This document shows, one piece after another, positions 12,580-25,156 of a stretch of 64,000 bases of DNA. The translations under genes were made by a program, and so were the position numbers. Within the stretch, counting starts at the first letter, position 1. Each line of letters starts with the position of its first letter. The notes beneath the pieces were generated by a model. It was given only the letters and a program-made list of their open reading frames with translations. It was not told the DNA's origin and ran no database searches. Location: assembly GCA_002104905.1 (NCBI GenBank), contig MCFE01000164.1, forward strand, positions 83,857-147,856. Direction: 5' to 3'. Source of the DNA: Basidiobolus meristosporus CBS 931.73. Taxonomy: Eukaryota; Fungi; Basidiobolomycota.

Positions 12580-13420
12580 AAAGGAACTGCTGATATCTGC
12601 TTAGGATACACTTATAAGGATTCAGAACAGGATCTTGTAGGATACCCTGATGCTGATTTGGAACAAAATTTGGAAGATGGAAGATCCACCACAGGATACA
12701 CCTTTCTTTACTGTAATGGAGCAATTTCATGTAATTCAAGAAAGCAACCAACCATAGCAATTTCTACCACAGAGGCAGTGTATATAGCAGCCTGTGAAGC
12801 TACAAAAGAGGCAATGTTGTTAAGAAAGCTTTTTACAGATTTAGGCCTATGTCAAAAAATGCCTTTTACCTTATTTCAAGATAAACAAGGATATATACAA
12901 TTAGGTAGAAATCCAACTTTTCATGATAGAACTAAGCACATAGATATTGGACATCATTTCATATGTGAAGTTATAGAGAATAACCTAGCTTAGTTTACTG
13001 CCCTTTAGATGCAATGATTGCAGACAGATTAACCAAACCATTAGCTAGAGACCAGTTTGAATAGCTTAGGTCAAAATTAGGACTGGTCAGTATGAACATT
13101 TAGCTGAGTGGGAGTGTTGTAAAAGTTGGTAATTCCACCTAAATATTCACCTAACTTAGTCACTTAGATCATTACCTTCAAATCCTAGAGAATACTGACC
13201 AAATTCCTTGTTGGGATTGGCTTGGAATATTTTCACCAAAATATCAGGTACCTAGAACATGAAAATTCTCCAAGTTGTCCAAACTACCCCAAACTTTGCA
13301 CACACATACTTGTGATCTTCCTACACATATCATAAGTGTTTGTTTTGCCCAGACTGTGTAAAAATACAAATTCTACATTTTCACTCAATAATCATCAAGT
13401 GAGTAACACAATATACATGT
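12580..13420 (+). mobile_element. Copia copy 4 fragment (end of RT, RNase H, PPT, decayed 3' LTR)
   Basis: Begins AAAGGAACTGCTGATATC within RT. RNase H frame 12556-12993, PPT before LTR start 13115. LTR similarity fades at about 13420 (approximate end). Confidence 0.88.
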
Positions 13421-14127
13421 AATATTTGAAGTAAATATCTATCAAGAACTTGAACTGGGATTAGTACAGCTCATAATTTGTGGTCCAAGTGAGCAAGTTG
13501 ATGGAAAATCCGGGGGTAAATATGGGATTTTCATCACAATGATCAATACAATATGTGGTTGGGTAAGACTGGCATACCGAAGTGAGCCCACACGGCAATG
13601 GTGAGTACGGAAGTGTAAAGTTGAAGTCTGACAAGCATTATAGATACCACCCAGGGCCTAAGAAGGCCTAATTGGGTTTTTATGGATGGTTCGTTGATGG
13701 ACAAAACTCAACTATGCCAGTTCCTATAGCCACAGTGTTTTGCTGACCAATGGTCAGCAAGGGCTGCCATACAAAGAGTAAATATGACACGGAGGATTGG
13801 CCAGTTGAGCCAACCCGGCGGTATTCAGACCACCGTGTTACTGATGAGCAGATCAATGGGTACTTAAGGTTTTTCCAAGATTTCTCCGGAACGCCTTATC
13901 GCGCAGGATCCAGAAGATCATCCCAGAGATGGAGCCCAAAAGAATTCCACCTCGGGCAAAGATCAAGGGGGGGGGAAAGAAATTTTTCACGTCATGTGAC
14001 TCACGCCTGGCAGATCTCCGACCAGGCTCAGAGGAGTCAAAACCCCCCAAGGTGCGGTCTGGAAATCCTCCTTTCTTTCCCCATCGCCGTAAAGCTTCGT
14101 CTTTCGTTGACTACGTAACTTCAAACA

Positions 14128-14388
14128 ATGGAAAACGATCAAGGTGTCCTCGTCGACTTGTATGTCCCCCGTAAATGCTCCGCTACCGGACGTCTCATTC
14201 CTGCCAAGGATCACGCTTCAGTTCAAATCAACATTGGTGAAGTCGATGCCGAAGGCCGTTACACCGGTTCTTTCCAAACCTACGCTTTCTCCGGATTCGT
14301 TCGCAAGCTCGGTGAGTCCGATGACTCTCTCAACCGTCTTGCCACCAAGGATGGTTTCTTGAAGAACGTCTGGTCCTACCAGAAGTAA
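14128..14388 (+). CDS. RPS21: 40S ribosomal protein S21 (eS21), intronless CDS, 86 aa
   Basis: [36 protein letters not shown]...[10 protein letters not shown] is the eS21 signature. AATAAA at about 14443. Confidence 0.98.
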   Translation: MENDQGVLVDLYVPRKCSATGRLIPAKDHASVQINIGEVDAEGRYTGSFQTYAFSGFVRKLGESDDSLNRLATKDGFLKNVWSYQK

Positions 14389-14883
14389 GTTCGGAAGCCC
14401 TGGGTCGTTTGACCACCGGAGGTGCTCCGTACTCGTCTATTCAATAAACTGGTGTTATTCCAAGATGGATTTGCGTTCTTTTTCGATGGATGGGATGATG
14501 AGTAGTTGGATACTCAGCCGACTTCGTGTCCTTGAAAGTATCTCGGGATGTGGTTGGAGACGATGCCAGAAATCCCTACGACTGTCTTCAATCTAGGTTA
14601 GAGGATACAAACCTCTCACATCTGTTGGGTAACGTGGTATTGTTTATTGGGTCAAGTCGGAATTAGAAAGAATATACAGGCTTGAATCAAAGTGGCCCGA
14701 GCAGAGCGTGCCCAAGGGATATGGACATAGAAGACTATGGGATCTGGAATACATAATACGGACTCTATTAAGATTAGTTGGTGTGGTGCATGTTCATGCT
14801 TAATTACTAGCAGGGTTGAAGGTATTGGTAGTGATAATGTGCGGTTCCGTGGATGAGAATGTTACCCGGCAACATTCACAAGT

Positions 14884-16290
14884 TTACTTCGTGGCGAGGG
14901 CATTAGACTCCCTGACTTCATCCATCCCATCTGTATCGACATTGGATCCGATGCGTCCCAAAAACATCTTCAGTCGCAGCCGAGCTGCCTCCAGGTACAA
15001 CCGCTGTGGTGTACCCTTGATGATGTTGCTATGTACGAGTCTAACAAACGTGTAGAACTCGCACACGGAAAATAGCCTCTCTCTGCAGTAGGCACAGATA
15101 TCCTTGGGCTCGCTGTCGGAATCATCGTATCGAATACGGTACATGTTGGGGGTATTGATGTGCTGAAGACATAGGTTGCAAGAGTCGGTGGTGATGGCCG
15201 GGATTGAGGGTTTTGAGGGGGAGGAAACTGGCGAGGAAACTGGGGAGCCGATATTGACCGATTCTATGATAAGTGTGCCGGATTGGGTAGCATTGGCTAG
15301 CTTACGTTGCTGGAACCAGCTACGAACGTTGAAGGACTCGAACCGCATAGCAGGCTCGATATCCTCAGCGGCGACTCTCTTCATGAATTTCGTGGAGAGC
15401 AGGCTTTTCGGGTTGGTCGGGGTTTCCAAAAATTCCTTGAATTCGTCGAACCGAAAGTCGCCCAGGTGGAATGTGAGCTCGGACTCGCTACTTCCGCATT
15501 CGTACTCCGAACATGAGCTATCGTAGGCGGAATCGGAGGGGACGGATGAAAGGGATAACCGGTTGCTACCGTTTTTGCTTAATCGATATGAGGATCTGGG
15601 TGATCCGGAGATACTGCCATCCATGAGTGCCAACTCCAACTCGTCCCGCTCTTTCTCCATCCTGATCCTCTCGGCGGACTCCTTGTCCTTTTCGTCGGCA
15701 GTCTGAACCAGCCTCGACTTCAGGTCATCCAGCTGCTCCTTCTGGGAATTGGTCAGCCCCTGCACCTCCATCAATTTGCGCTTCAAGATGGTATGCTTGC
15801 GCTCGGCTTCCAAGCGCAACTTCTTCTCCGTGGCAACCATGGTGTTTGCCTCTTCGAAGAGTTTGGCGGACAGATCTTCCAGCTCGGATTCGATCTGAAA
15901 CTTGGCGTGCTCGATCTCGCTTCTGGTGGCAGTCTCGGCTATCAGCTTTTCCGCGAGGCTCTGCATGTCGAGCTGCAGCTGGGTGGCGTCGGAATTGCGA
16001 ATCTGCGAGAGTGCGGAGCGCAGCTCGTCCACCATATCCTTGGCATTTTGCAGGTCGAGTTGGGCCTTGGCCAGCTCCAACTCGACCGCCGTCTTCTGCT
16101 CAGTGACGTTCTTCAGGTTGGTGTTCAAGGTTTCTCTCTCGTCCTGCAGTCTCAGGATTTCCTGCTCCAGCTCCCCCACACGACCCTTGGAAGGAACACC
16201 GCCCGAAAGTTCGTTGGAGGGGAGCGTGCGAGAGACCCCCTCTTGACCACCACACAAAGCCCCGCATTGTGTGCAGTTGGTTTGGGACAT
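14884..16290 (-). CDS. SEC2: Sec2/Rabin8-like Rab guanine nucleotide exchange factor, about 468 aa
   Basis: Long coiled coil with ELEDLSAKLFEEANTMVA (Sec2p GEF motif) and a C-terminal CNLC...CAYCRERLFSVCEFYTFVR region typical of the family. Start placed at the ATG at 16290 (MSQTNC); the ORF track extends to 16374. Confidence 0.88.
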   Translation of the reverse strand: MSQTNCTQCGALCGGQEGVSRTLPSNELSGGVPSKGRVGELEQEILRLQDERETLNTNLKNVTEQKTAVELELAKAQLDLQNAKDMVDELRSALSQIRNSDATQLQLDMQSLAEKLIAETATRSEIEHAKFQIESELEDLSAKLFEEANTMVATEKKLRLEAERKHTILKRKLMEVQGLTNSQKEQLDDLKSRLVQTADEKDKESAERIRMEKERDELELALMDGSISGSPRSSYRLSKNGSNRLSLSSVPSDSAYDSSCSEYECGSSESELTFHLGDFRFDEFKEFLETPTNPKSLLSTKFMKRVAAEDIEPAMRFESFNVRSWFQQRKLANATQSGTLIIESVNIGSPVSSPVSSPSKPSIPAITTDSCNLCLQHINTPNMYRIRYDDSDSEPKDICAYCRERLFSVCEFYTFVRLVHSNIIKGTPQRLYLEAARLRLKMFLGRIGSNVDTDGMDEVRESNALATK

Positions 16291-17732
16291 ATCGACTCGG
16301 TAAAATATATGAATATTATGAATAAAAACTACGTAGCACGGGATATACAAAGCTCTGAACAATATTGAATCCAATTATGTGGAAGCCTGACAATCGCCAG
16401 CCCCATGTATATATATACGCATCCACTGCTGGAGCCACAGAACCGATGATTGGCAGAGGGAGAGCATCCAATAAGGGATCTTCTACCCATCGCATCCATT
16501 GTCATATGAAGACTCTCAATTAGGGACAAACTTGGCAAAGCCATTTCCATTTCTTGAAAATATCGCAGAGTTTCGGTTCGAAAATACGTGATGAACATCG
16601 AATTCCCCATCACACCAGGATGAAGCGTGTCGAGTTGCGCGGGTGAATCGGTGGGCCGACCAAAATGGAATCCAATCAGCATTCCACACCAGGTAAAGTA
16701 AATGGGATGAAGGTCAGGTACGAATCAGAAGCGAACATTGCTCCCAAGGGTATAAATTGATGGTTTGGTGTCGAGCGAAGCTAGAATGATGGAAGCAATT
16801 TCATTTACCATCCCTTGGAACGCCAACGGCAGCGGTAGATCATTCTATTTAACTTAGCTATCTGTATGACCACAGAGCCGATCGCCTTTGCCAGGAACGG
16901 ATGTGCCGAAATGGCTGCTCCGCAGTGCCATCTACATGAGCCTGTTTGATATGAATTTGCTTAACCCAAGATGCCGGGATTGTCGGTGACTAGTGTGCTT
17001 CGGTTGAACTCCTCCATATTTCACATTGGTTGGTGATCGAGCTCAAAATCCCACCACCAAGTTGTGTAACATACCTAATCACCAAGCAGTCAGATCAACC
17101 TCGCTAACGTGACGATCCTGGCCGTTGTGCCCAAAGATATGCCGCGGTACGTCAATTGATCGACCTATTTGATCGGGCTTCGTGAGCAAGAATCCCTTCT
17201 AGACAACTGTTAAAGAATGCCTTGGGTTGTTCGGAGCCTGCGTTAAGGTTGCCAAATCTAGACTCGACGGGCTCCAGCGGAAAAATGGGATTCGCTTGGG
17301 GAAATCTAGATCGAATGAGAGAATGTTCGCTGATATTTAAGGATTCTCCCTATATCTGGCACATTCTCGATCGTAGTGTCATTGGTCCCATGATGGATTG
17401 TGAAAGAAGTAAAGAACAATCATTTTCCGTGATGGCTTAAAAGTAAACACACTCTTCGGAGAGAATTTATTAAACTAACCTATCTTGCTACAGCTACCTA
17501 TGGAAACTCAAGGCTAATGCCTCATGTTTCCAAAATAAGCTAGCGATGAAGATGTGTGCCGGTTTGTCCAAACTACATGAGCCTCCATGGCGGCTGTTCT
17601 GCCGACCCACTAGGCAGAGGGAAATGCAATGACGGAAGAACAGTGCTTGGTATCGTGTTGTGCCAACATTGGCAATAATCCCACTATGCTAGAATGGTTT
17701 AATTTTCAGCTTAATTCATGATTCCTCCTGAT

Positions 17733-17744
17733 TTAGGGTTAGGG
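17733..17744 (+). promoter_or_regulatory. TTAGGGTTAGGG telomere-like (telo-box/Tbf1-type) motif about 170 bp upstream of COX23
   Basis: Exact 12-mer in sequence; function inferred only. Confidence 0.3.
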
Positions 17745-17912
17745 CTGATCCACACATGATATCCCCATATCCACTTCAGTGGGGTGGTTCGGATCATGAA
17801 ACATTGATCATTTAACCCATCCATCGTGGTTTGGTCATATGGCCAATTATTGGAAAATATATGACTGATTGCTTCACCATTTCACTGTAGTTAAGAACGA
17901 GTCTCCTGCAGT

Positions 17913-18249
17913 ATGTCAGACCAGACGAAGGAAAACCAACCCAACCCAAAGTCTATTCATAGGCAGTTCGATATCAAGGAGGCCTCCAAGTTTTTGGATC
18001 CTTGTGCAGAACATACCAAACGTAGTTACAAATGTTTGGATAAGAACAACTACGACAAGAGTAAATGTACCCAATTCTTCGATGAGTACAAAGAATGCAA
18101 GAGAAAATGGGTAAGTTGATTCCAGCAACGAGTTGGATTTTTCGTAAAAAATTCGGTTATTGACTTGGTTGCTTTCTCTTCAATAGCTCGAAGATAGAAA
18201 AGCCGAGCGCCAACAGCGTGTTTCTGGTACCGTTTTGAAGTACCTGTAA
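17913..18249 (+). CDS. COX23: Cox23/CHCHD7 twin-CX9C mitochondrial intermembrane-space protein; exons 17913-18110 and 18187-18249
   Basis: DPCAEHTKRSYKCLDKNNYDKSKCTQFFDEYKECKRKW twin CX9C. Intron GTAAGT(18111)...CAATAG(18186). Exon 2 reads LEDRKAERQQRVSGTVLKYL*. Confidence 0.88.
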
Positions 18250-19080
18250 CTCACGTACTTCAATTGATGAATCAAATCCATTGTCCTGTACTCTGTTCAC
18301 GTTTTCCTAGTCTCTGGGGCTGGTATCTAGTATCTTACGTCTCTTCAATATAGTCTATGTGACAATGGAAAATGCATTTGCTTTGAAGTATAAAGTCCAC
18401 TAGTTCTATCCCTTTCTGCTCTACGGGTGAATCTTGGTGATATTTGATTTGTGGTGTGTAGAACTTGAATGTGCTAAGTTGGATGGTGGATATGCTGGAA
18501 ATCTATCCAACATAGAATTTTTCAGTTTACAAACATAAGAATTGCATCCACTAATAAGAGTAATGATAACTAATATGAGCATTCGTTAACTGTTGCTGAA
18601 TATACATGATGCTAAGCTACGTCATCATTACGTATACCTCTTAATCGAGCAATCGAGTTTATAGAGTATCGGACTAAGATTGCACTCTAAATCCGTAATT
18701 TTTTCAATTAGGTATTGTAGGTTGAATTTTAGTAAGCCTGTTCTCGTGTCAATTTTACAACCTGGATACTCTTTGATGCTGAGGAATCTTGGCAGCAACT
18801 TGTCGGAATAGACTACTGTAATCATTGACCTTTTTTACTGAGCTATTTACGCTTAATTAGCTAGCAGACATGAACGCCCAATATGCGTGCAACAGTACTC
18901 TGCCATTTTTTGTGATGTACTCGTAGTCATTTGCGATTAAGAAGAATTTAAACTTGGAGAGTAGACAGACACTCTTTCTGAGCTATTCCTACAATAAACT
19001 TCATGTACTTGGAGAAAAAAATGCCTCCCGAGTGAATCAATACTATGAAATCAGGGTGTCTGGAAATGGCTTGAGACTAT

Positions 19081-19427
19081 TGTTGTAGGAGTTTAGGAGA
19101 TATTGGAAGTGATTGGGAGAACAAGTACATTATGTGGTTTCACTTAATGATTTGTTGAATGCAACTGCTGTGCTTGCATTTTTACATGCTACTAGCAAGA
19201 AAGCACTTGGAATATACTTAGAAAGGTCCCAAGAATAATGTGTGCAAAGTGTAGGGCTATTTTGACAACTTACCAATATTTCATGTTCTGGATACCTAGT
19301 ATTTAGGGGAAAATATTCTCAGTAAATCCCAACCAGAAATTTGGCCAGAACTATCTGAGATTTGTGAGCAATGATTTAAGTGACTAAGTAAGGTGAGTAC
19401 TCAGGTGTAATTACAAAATTTATAACA
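19081..19427 (-). mobile_element. Solo LTR of the copia family with 5-bp TSD ACTAT
   Basis: TGTTGTAG...TATAACA, homologous throughout to family LTRs. ACTAT at 19076-19080 and 19428-19432. Confidence 0.92.
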
Positions 19428-19577
19428 ACTATAAGTGTTGCAGATTAGCTTTTAAACCAAATGATATATTGGGTTACTTAGATCTTAGATTGCAAATTTT
19501 CATTTCTTCAAACAAGCTACTCTGTTGACACTTACCTAGAGTACCTCTTAAAGAGCTATTAGGTACCCAGTATATTA

Positions 19578-20520
19578 TGTTGTAAGAGCTCTGGAGATAT
19601 TGAAAGTGATTGGGAGAACAGGCAGATTGGATGGCTTCCACTTGATGATTTATCATATGTAAAAGTAGTGTTACTTTTAAATATTCTTGTAAGCACAAAT
19701 ATTATGCTTAGGAAGATCCCACTAATGTGGACAAAGTCTGGGGCTGTTTGGACAGCTTTGATGTTATTCATGCCATGGGTACGTTTTAGCAAATTGTTAT
19801 AGGCTAATCCTAACTCAATCTTATATCATACATATTGTTGTGTGAAACCCAAAATTTGACTTCCCCAAAAATTGTCTATTTGTCAGCAACAGCTCACACA
19901 GATGTTTCTACTTTGGGCTTAGCAGAAAAGCCAACATTAATAACCTATTAGAATACAACACTAAAATCAGCATAAACTAGACTTAAATAGTGCTTACTAC
20001 TTGTCAAAAATGAGGAGCAGGGTTTGTATTAGAGGGTAATAATATATATATTGTATTAATGATAATCAGCAAAGAAGATGAGTAGTCACTATATTTATGA
20101 GTAGTGAGGTACATGACCTGTGACTATATTTTTGGTAGGATGTCATGACAAGACCATATTGAATAGGCATCATACAGTTAGAATAGCCAAGAAAATTCAA
20201 ATCTTCAAATTCTCCAATAGGAGAATATGTGCTAGGATGACCCAAAGATGAAATAGGTATTTCACAATTGCGAGGTATTTGGTGAAATACTGCAGAATAT
20301 ACCCGCAGGTCTGGAATTGACACTATTGATGCAAATGATGTATAAAATGCTGCAATATTCTAGGGAGTATTGGAAGCGATTTGGAGAACTAGAAGAATTA
20401 TATGCTATTGACTTACTGTTTTATTGAGTTCAATTAAGGGATTTATACCTAAAGAAGAACTTGGTAAGACTAATGGTAAGAATATTTTGTGCAGGATCCT
20501 ATGAAGCTGTGTGTATGTGG
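19578..20520 (-). mobile_element. Older LTR relics (about 19578-19775; weaker pieces about 20140-20320 and 20350-20520)
   Basis: TGTTGTAAGAGCTCTGGAGATATTGAAAGTGATTGGGAG at 19578. Weaker GAGTATTGGAAGCGATTTGGAGAAC and GGTATTTGGTGAAATA matches further on. Confidence 0.55.
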
Positions 20521-22955
20521 GCTTTTGGTTAAGATTGAAAATAGTAATAACTTCCAAGCCTTCACTAATTCTAAGAATTAACCATTATCTTACAAACCAA
20601 ATCTTTGGTAAATAATTCGTAATCTAGCGTTTAGCTAAATAGGTTTAGTGGTTTAGGGGTGAAGTGAATATTTACGTCATAAAATGTGTGAATAGATGTC
20701 AAACCAGTCACTTGCAAGAGAATATCCTACTGGTTGCATTTTAACATTAGCGCTCCTCAGGATTCAAGCGATTGAAGTAATTCATGAAGGTCGCAAAAAG
20801 TTACGAGGGGCTAAAAGTGATACTCTAGCCCCACTCAACACAACCTGACTTTTCTAGCCGTATTGTCAAAGATAATGCTAAGCCAATGTCGGGAATACCA
20901 TTAAATATTTGAGTGCTAAAATCGACCAGTTAGATCCGTTATGGCGCTCACAGTGTAGCTGAACTAGGCATACACGAGGCCAGTATGCATCAAGAAGGGA
21001 AACTTCCTTTTAAACAAACAGATAGCTGAAGATCCAGCGCTAGAGGCGGAGTACCAACAGACCGAGCAAGCCTTGATTCTCTGACCAAGTATTCCACATC
21101 AATGGGGAGGTGGTGACGTGTTCATGGAACCCAGATACGTAGCCAGCCAATGGCCTTAACGACCATGGATAACGATCCACTTATGGATATGCAAATCCTG
21201 AATTTCCACTATCCTATCAACGCTGTCTACATGGGCGATTCGCCAGTTCGATAGCGTAGTTGTATCACACTACGAGGCCAATGATTATCTTCGAATTTGT
21301 CCGGAACTTGGGAACCACAGTTTTCGAAGATCGAAATTGACTCGCATGGTGGCCTCAATGACTGCATTCTATTCAACTATGTGGTGATTGTGGAAGTAGA
21401 CAAAAGCGCCCCACCGCAATATAGATATCAGAGACAGCAATGGCAATCAACACTTTTGGGATCCAGCTTGTACCAACCACCCGTCTAGTTATGGGGGAGT
21501 GTGGGCCATGCGAGTTGGTGTTCTTGGATTCCCTGCACATATTGGACACATGAAGGCCCAACGAAATGCGAAGATTTTGAATGCGGCATATGCTGTTCTA
21601 TCGAAATGTCACTTGATATGTCAACCCAAAAGGCGTATTCGTTGATGGAGCTTAAATAGGCCAATCGTATCGTGCGGCCCTTTAGAGAAGGTTTCTGTTG
21701 GGGTATACTTTCGACCATGCAGAATGGACACCAGCGTATACGCTAAAATCTCATCTGACTCGAATGATTGGTGAAGGGTTATCAGGCAACCAATTTGGAT
21801 ATCCATTCGAAGACATTGCTGATTGGATGCAAGTAGTCACCACACTTCTTAGTTCTCGAAGCAACGCTTGAAGCCCATATGGCCTATCCTGGCTTTCCTG
21901 TGCTGGAACAATCCATAACAAACCTGGCTTCTTTAACCACAGACTGTATCATTGCCAATCCATATCAGCACCACGCTAAGCTTATGTGCCCACATCGGTG
22001 GTCTCGGTATTAGAACAGGCACACCACCGACGTGGATTTTGATCAGTGTTCTATCCTGCCCTAGCACTTTCCATGCCTTGAAGAACCAGCCATCAGCCGG
22101 ACCACTTGGATACGCATACGGCTAGGTGATTCAAGCGCATTCATGGCATGCCCTCGAGAGTTCACCTAGATTTCTGCACGGGGCCCTACACCAGCCAACC
22201 TGGTAGAATTTTTCGCCCTGACCAATGGTCACATCGAGAGGATTTACTTGCCGCCTGCCAGATATGGCAAGATCCATCTGGATACTGCTAGATTGTGGTC
22301 AGAATGGAACGTGACCAAACGCAGTAAAGCCCACCCACCTCAAATGCCTTCAGCCTGGGCAGACTACGTCGGAATACACCATTCGTGAACGGGCCTCGAG
22401 GCCAGCTGCCAGCCGATTTTCTTGGCAGTTCCTTTACCCACCCCCATATGAGTGTGACGTACCCACGGATTTTAATTCCATTCTTGCCAACGGATCCCAT
22501 ATAGTAGGCGATGGGCAAGCTCACCAATGGTCGTCGGGTGAGTTTCCCCCAATCGCCATGCCAGCCGCAACTGGCCGCCCCTTAACCAGCCCTTGCCCCT
22601 TATCTCCCACACCCTTCACGCAATTCCAATTTCTAGGTCGCCCCGGTGGACGGCCAATCAGGTTACTTGGCCGCAGGGGTTTCGATCACTTCCCTATCTC
22701 TCCAAACACTCACCCATCTCAACCTGTCCTCTGCGTGGTATAGTAGAACTCCAAGCTGGAGGTTTATTGGGTGAAGTCAGAAACAAAAAATCTGTACAAT
22801 GGTCGAGTCGGAGAAAAGAATTGATTAGATTACAGGTTCACTCGGTTCGGATTTTGGGAAACAAAGTCAATGGGAAGGTAAACAGTCGCTCCTGAGAAAC
22901 ATGTCTTTAAGGGGTACATCGGGTATCGGCTACTTTTACACTGCCGGCCCGTCGT

Positions 22956-24262
22956 TTAGATGGGGATGGCTTTAAGGGCGTCGTGCTCCAGCGCCTCTTC
23001 TACGCTGAGTCGAAGCTCCGGGTTGGGCTCCAGGAGACGGTGCACAAGCGAGCTTCTCTCCGGTGTCAATCGGTTGAGTATCGTGCGATCCAGGCAGTTT
23101 TTACGACCTATGTAGCCAGCATAGTTGGAATCGGTGGAGACGGCGCTTTGCCAGGGGAAGACACCAAGTTGAAGGGTGAGGTACAGCACCCCAAGTGACC
23201 AGGAGTCGACTTTGCGACCGTCGTAGCTTTTCGAGTTGATGTGAACCTCCGGGGCTATGTAGGGGCAGGAGCCACTCTTTCCTTTGCTTGGTCGAGGGGT
23301 GTTCTCAAAAGCGGTCTTATACACATCGGCCAATCCGAAATCGATGAGCTTGGCGTTGTCTTGAGCATCCAGAAGGATGTTTTCTCCTTTGATGTCTCGG
23401 TGGACCACGCCAATCTTGTGCATATAGGAGACGGCTGAAACCACTTGCTTGAACCACGTATCAATCTTCTCCGGTTTCAGTGTGTTCTTGCGAGTCTTCA
23501 TGGCAGAGAAAAGGTCGGTGGGGCAGTACTCCATGATCTGGTAGTAGCGGCCATCCTGCACGATGAAATCCAAGGTTTCAATGATGTGTTGGTGGTGGAG
23601 TAGAGACGCGATGGTGTATTCGGCAAGAATGGTTTTAGCATAGCTGCGAGGGGTCTCGCTGGAGTCGCGGCTGCGGAATTGTTTCACCTGGAGAATTGAT
23701 CGGTTAGGTCTACATCCACAACAGCAATCAAGCGGGATCATTGAATACTTACAGCGAAGAGCTTCCCGTCGGACCTTCTTTCAATGGTCTTGACAATGCC
23801 CCAGGCGCCTTTGCCAAGGACGGGCCCATCCAGACGGCCGTATTTGGTGAGCTCACAGGTGCAGCTGTCCGAAAATCCCTTGTTGGAAGAGGTGCTCTTA
23901 TACGAGTTTGCCCTGGAGATGCTTTTACTTTGGCTAGGCTCCTTGCTGTTGAAGATTTTCTTGGCTGGGGAGACGAACTTGCCGACAAAGGAGGACTTGC
24001 TTTTCACGCTGGAGGTAGACGTGGGGGAGCTTTCTGCGGACGACGTGGAGTTGTTGGAGCTTCGATGGTTGACATCGATCGGTTTCAGGGCTGGCTTCTC
24101 TGTCTTGTCGTCGTAGTGTCTTTTGTTATTTGAAGTAAAGTCACCAAGACATTCGCCATTTCCATTGCGGGAAATCGATGGGAACTGCCCGGAGGCCAAC
24201 TCGCTTGGTAGGAGATTGGAATTAAGGAAATGATTGCTTCTAGGTAGGGTGATCGCGGTCAT
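22956..24262 (-). CDS. Ser/Thr protein kinase of the fungal HAL/NPR (Sat4/Hal5/Hrk1-like) family; exons 24262-23753 and 23687-22956, 413 aa
   Basis: GKGAWGIV...LFA|VKQF, HRDIKGEN, DFG, GSCPYIAPE and DSWSLG motifs. 65-nt intron GTAAGT...CTAAC...CAG joins the two track ORFs in frame. Ser-rich N-terminus. Confidence 0.92.
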
Positions 24263-25144
24263 TGGAAAGGTCTGTGTGGTGGATGTTAGAGAACAAAAAA
24301 GGGGTAAAGATGGCTTTCAGGCAGCAGAGAGGGAAGGTAGGTAAATAAAATCTTCGTGGACTCTAGTGAGGAAATGGACATACAACTATCAAGCAAGAAT
24401 CTGGATTGTCGTGCTTGAAGAGAGTCAGCAGGCTGGCTTAAATCAGAAATGAAGAGATCCAAATCTACGACTTCATTTGCGCTGGCCCTCTGGCCGAGCT
24501 TATATAATCGAGATATGCCTGATGGGTAAGTGGAAATGAACGGGCTCCACTAAAAAGCGTTTCAGTCAGGAAGATCACACTACTGAATGGGCCTACGAGA
24601 AAACATGGAGTACAATTAGTAACGCTGCATAATAATGGACTAATATGGAAGGCACGAAATTCGGATCGTTAAGCCGGAGACGCTCATGAACTTTTTTCCA
24701 TTCTTTTTCTTACATCATCGACTTTGCGAGCTTGCATGACCCTATTGCACCCGCTCCCCTACCTCTGCTCACCACCAATGAAGCGCGGGAAATGGTAGGC
24801 AACATGTATCTGGCAGCGGCGAAGCGAAGTGCCGTTGATCAAGAGATCGCAGGTAGGGGCAGCGAGATGGTGTGTCTGCGCATGTGTGGGTGCGGGTGTG
24901 GGTGTCGTTGTGTGCTAGGATTCCCACCAATCTCCAGTCTTTTGATTGTCAAATGGAAACCTTAGCGTGTACGGCTTCGAAATTACGGTGTTGAACTCGA
25001 CTAACCAATCACCCCGTACGCTAAGAAGCTGACCGCTGATTGGATCTGAGCCTATCATCGGAAATCCATTGAGCTTGACCAGGGTCTCCTCTGCCATCCT
25101 AGACACAAAGAGCCGATTGCCAATGGCACGCCAAGTCTAACTGA

Positions 25145-25156
25145 CCCTAACCCTAA
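25145..25156 (-). promoter_or_regulatory. CCCTAACCCTAA (TTAGGG x2 on minus strand) motif about 0.9 kb upstream of the kinase
   Basis: Exact 12-mer, extended by a variant CTGACC unit at 25141; function inferred only. Confidence 0.25.

Noticed and set aside
14128-14388. Intronless RPS21 as a processed retrocopy
   Set aside because: Intact ORF, normal CpG context and an AATAAA signal, with no genomic poly(A) or TSD.
15176-16368. Several long plus-strand ORFs (up to 191 aa) over SEC2, and similar shadows over the kinase, C2H2 and copia genes
   Set aside because: Antisense shadows of real coding sequence with no recognisable motifs.
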